64,000 nt of DNA from Lama glama (taxonomy: Eukaryota): contig CM052816.1 of assembly GCA_028534125.1 (NCBI GenBank), positions 6,140,001 to 6,204,000 of the forward strand. The letters are read 5' to 3'. Under the pieces are notes generated by a model. That model saw only the letters and a program-made list of their open reading frames with translations. It did no database searches and had not been told where the DNA came from. Of the stretch, positions 61,063 to 64,000 are shown in pieces. Every line of letters begins with the position of its first letter. The first letter of the stretch is position 1. A program made the position numbers and the translations under genes.

Positions 61063-61319
61063 TTGGAGGGTATTTTTTCTTAACCTAAAAAAAAGCCTTT
61101 TTATGTTCTTTAAGTGAATATTTATTGAGCTGCTGTAGTCTATGGCAGACAAAGTTATAGCTAGCCTCTATAAACCAGAATGCATCTACTTCCTCTGGTA
61201 ATACTCTGTGAGTTTGGGTGAATGGCATCAATTGTATGGGAGTATTTTCATCTGAAAATATGGCTAATACTGTCCACCGTGAACACACCACCACCACTTA
61301 GTACAACACAGATCAATTT

Positions 61320-61550
61320 AGTGTGAGCACTGAGAGATATGATCTGGAACCTGGCAGACTTAGGTTCAAACTACTTACTAGGAGAATGATCTGGGGCAAT
61401 TTAAAAAATATCTGTGAATTCAATTTCCTCTTTGTAAAATTGGGATAATATTACCTGTCTCCATGTGTTATTACAAAGATTAAATGGGATAATTCATTTG
61501 AAGAACTTAGGTGCTCATAAATATAGTAAACTTTCAAATGATAGTTTGTC
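61320..61550 (+). mobile_element. MIR SINE
   Basis: cagacttaggttcaaa..acttactagg...tttcctctttgtaaaattgggataata...gattaaatgggataat. Confidence 0.8.
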
Positions 61551-61894
61551 ACAGTTGAAGCAGTGTAAAGGGATTAGTTGCTGAAGAGCTTATAGAATAA
61601 TGAACAAAAACTTCTAAAGGATAAGAAGCCTCTGGAAGGCATCCACTTTGTAGAAGCGATATTTTTGAAGTAACTACGATGACCATTAACCGACAATAGT
61701 ACTCTACACACATAAAACAGTCCCTCTGATCCCTGGCTTATGGGAACTGGTAGATTAGTATTTATATTATAATCAAAGAATAGAAGCCTGTGAAGAATGA
61801 TGATTTTAATGGTTTGCATAGAACTAACTTGTGGGGAGAAGCAGAAGACACTGCCTGCCTTTAAAAAGATATCATCCCAGTAAAAATATTTACA

Positions 61895-62150
61895 TAATTG
61901 TTAAGATAATGAATTTGGGGGTAAGATTACTTGCATATGAATTCTGGCTTTACTGCTTACCAGCTGTATGATCTTGGGCAAGTTTTTAAAGTTACCTATA
62001 CCTCAGTTTCCACGTAGGTAAAATAATAAACAATGGAATGTCTCAAAGAGTATTGTGAGAAATAAATAAGTTTAAATATGTAAAACATGTAAGATAGTGC
62101 ATAGCATGTTATAAAATCTCAGTAATTTTTTTCATATAATTGTTATTATT
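61895..62150 (+). mobile_element. MIR SINE
   Basis: ctgcttaccagctgtatgatcttgggcaagtt...cctcagtttcc..gtaaaat. Confidence 0.8.
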
Positions 62151-62184
62151 TTCTTGATTCTGAACACCAGTTGTTTTAATTCTA

Positions 62185-62418
62185 ATTTTTAATTGAAGTG
62201 TAGTCGACTTACAATGTTAATTTCAGGTGTACAGCAAAGCAATTCAGTTACACATATACATACATATATGTTTTTTTCAGATTCTTTTCCATTACAGCTC
62301 ATTACAAGAAATTGAATATAGTTCCCTGTGCTATACAGTAGGTCCTTGTTGTTTATCTATTTTATATGTAATAATGTGTATCTGTTAATTCCAAACTCCT
62401 AATCTGTCCCTCCCCCCT
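62185..62418 (-). mobile_element. Short camelid L1 3' end
   Basis: tttttaattgaagtgtagtcgacttacaatg...ttgaatatagttccctgtgctatacagtaggtccttgttg. Confidence 0.85.
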
Positions 62419-62907
62419 TATTATTCTATATGTAAGATGAATCTAACCAGAGTTAGCATACAGATATTACCATAAAATTTTAATGCTAATTAATACACAT
62501 GAGAATTGAATTCCTTCATTTGTTTTGTACTCTTAATTATTCTTTTCTTATTCTTAATGTGCTTTGCTCAAGTGAACCAACCAGGAAAGTATTCCTGGGG
62601 TTATCCAAGAATGTGGAATAAGAACCTAAATTTAATTACAACCTAAAAGGTGTCTTTTAATCAATCCAGACCACTGCCAATTGAATGAGTTTCCCAGAAG
62701 GCTGGCAAATCATTAGGTTTAAAAAAGCATTTGTGGGAGGATAAAATATGGAGGGATAACATTATTCTTAAGACTCTTACAGCCCTAAGATTCCGTATCA
62801 GAATCTATTGCCAACATGGGAAAAAATGATCATGCATTGCATTGCTATATAATTTAAAATTTTACTGAAGAAAATTATAATGACAGTGCACTTTTAAGAA
62901 TTTCTTA

Positions 62908-64000
62908 AGGGTGCTCACAATGATGCGCGCTATTGCCACTTTTATTCAACATAGTTTAGGAAGTTCTAGCCACAGCAATCAGAGAAGAAAAAGATATAAA
63001 AGGAATCCAGATTGGAAAAAAGAAGTAAAACTGTCACTGTTTGCAGATGACATGATACTATACATAGTAAATCCTAAAGATGCTATCAGAAAACTACTAG
63101 GGCTCATCAAGGAATTTGGTAAAATTGCAGAATACAAAATTAATACACAGAAATCTGTTGCATTTCCATACACTAACAATAAAATATCAGAAAAAGAAAT
63201 TAAGGAAACAACCCCATTTACTATCACATCAAAAAAGAATAAAACACCTAAAAATAAACTTACCTAAGGAGGCAAAAGATCTGTACTCCAAAAACTTCAG
63301 GATACTGCTGAAAGAAATTGAAGATGACACAAAAAGATGGAAAGGTCTGTCATGTTCTGTGATTGGGAGAATCAGTACTGTTAAATTGACCACACTACCC
63401 AAGGCAATATACAGATTCAGTGCAATCCCTGTCAAGATACCAATGGCATTTTTCACAGAACCAAAATCAAAAAATTTTAAATGTGTCTAGAAACACAACA
63501 GACCCTGAATAGCCAAAACAATCTTGAGAAAGAAGAATGGAGCTGGAAGAATCATGCTCCTTGACTTCAGACCATACTACAAAGTTACAGTAATCAAAAC
63601 AGTATGGTATTGGCACAAAAACGGACACATGGATCAATAGAACAGGATTGAAATCCCAGGAATAAACCCACACACTTACGATCAGTTACTCTTCGACAAA
63701 GGAGGCAAGAATATACAATGGGTTTTTAATAATGTGTGAAGATAGTGAATCACTATGTTGTACATCTAAAACCAATATAAGATTGTAAATATACTTTACA
63801 TATTTTTTTAAAAGGATATGCAATGGAGAAAAGACAGTCTCTTGAACAAATGGTGCTGGAAAAACTGGACAGCTACATGTGAAAAAATGAAATTAGAACA
63901 TTTTTTAACACCATACACAATAATAAACTCAAAATGGATTAAAGACCTAAATGTAAGACTAGATACTTAAAAACTCCTCCAGGGAAACATAGACAGAAAC
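62908..64000 (+). pseudogene. 5'-truncated L1, ORF2 reverse-transcriptase region onward; frameshifted, runs off the window
   Basis: [14 protein letters not shown] (RT FADD motif), [31 protein letters not shown] in shifted frames; stop at 63488-63490. Confidence 0.92.
63722..63811 (+). mobile_element. 90-bp L1 3'-terminal fragment nested in the L1 ORF2
   Basis: gaatcactatgttgtacatctaaaaccaatataa; TSD aagaatatacaatgg (63707-63721) / aaggatatgcaatgg (63812-63826). Confidence 0.75.

Noticed and set aside
62911..63490. Possible active reverse transcriptase gene
   Set aside because: 5'-truncated L1 ORF2 with frameshifts, a premature stop and a nested insertion; non-functional.

Overview
Mammalian non-coding genomic DNA (AT-rich, CpG-depleted), most likely from a camelid. 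The taxon call rests on three copies of a tRNA-derived Vic-1-like SINE, cetartiodactyl-type L1 3' ends, and no Alu, B1/B2, Bov-A/BovB, PRE1 or Can-SINE seen by eye. I find no host protein-coding exon, RNA gene or CRISPR array that I can support. The only ORFs with recognisable protein content are broken LINE-1 ORF2 pieces: the C-terminal Cys/His domain at 24141-24443 (-) and the RT 'FADD' region at 62911-63490 (+). The window is a dense mosaic of ancient repeats (MIR, L2, L3/CR1, L1M, hAT/Tigger MITEs, MaLR/ERVL LTRs) and younger ones (camelid L1s and SINEs, ERV1 solo LTRs), with a 500-N gap at 35982-36481. Orientation bias weakly suggests a large intron of a + strand gene. I do not see a new biological system. 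The most notable details are: (1) an L1 whose 15-bp target-site duplication is inverted by a 27-bp micro-inversion; (2) a cluster of 13 AP-1 heptamers in ~11.6 kb, including a perfect ARE; (3) a near-perfect CTCF motif inside a MER77-like LTR; (4) nested and tail-less L1 insertions. Repeat family names come from my recollection of consensus sequences. Boundaries of old repeats are approximate and should be confirmed with RepeatMasker/Dfam.
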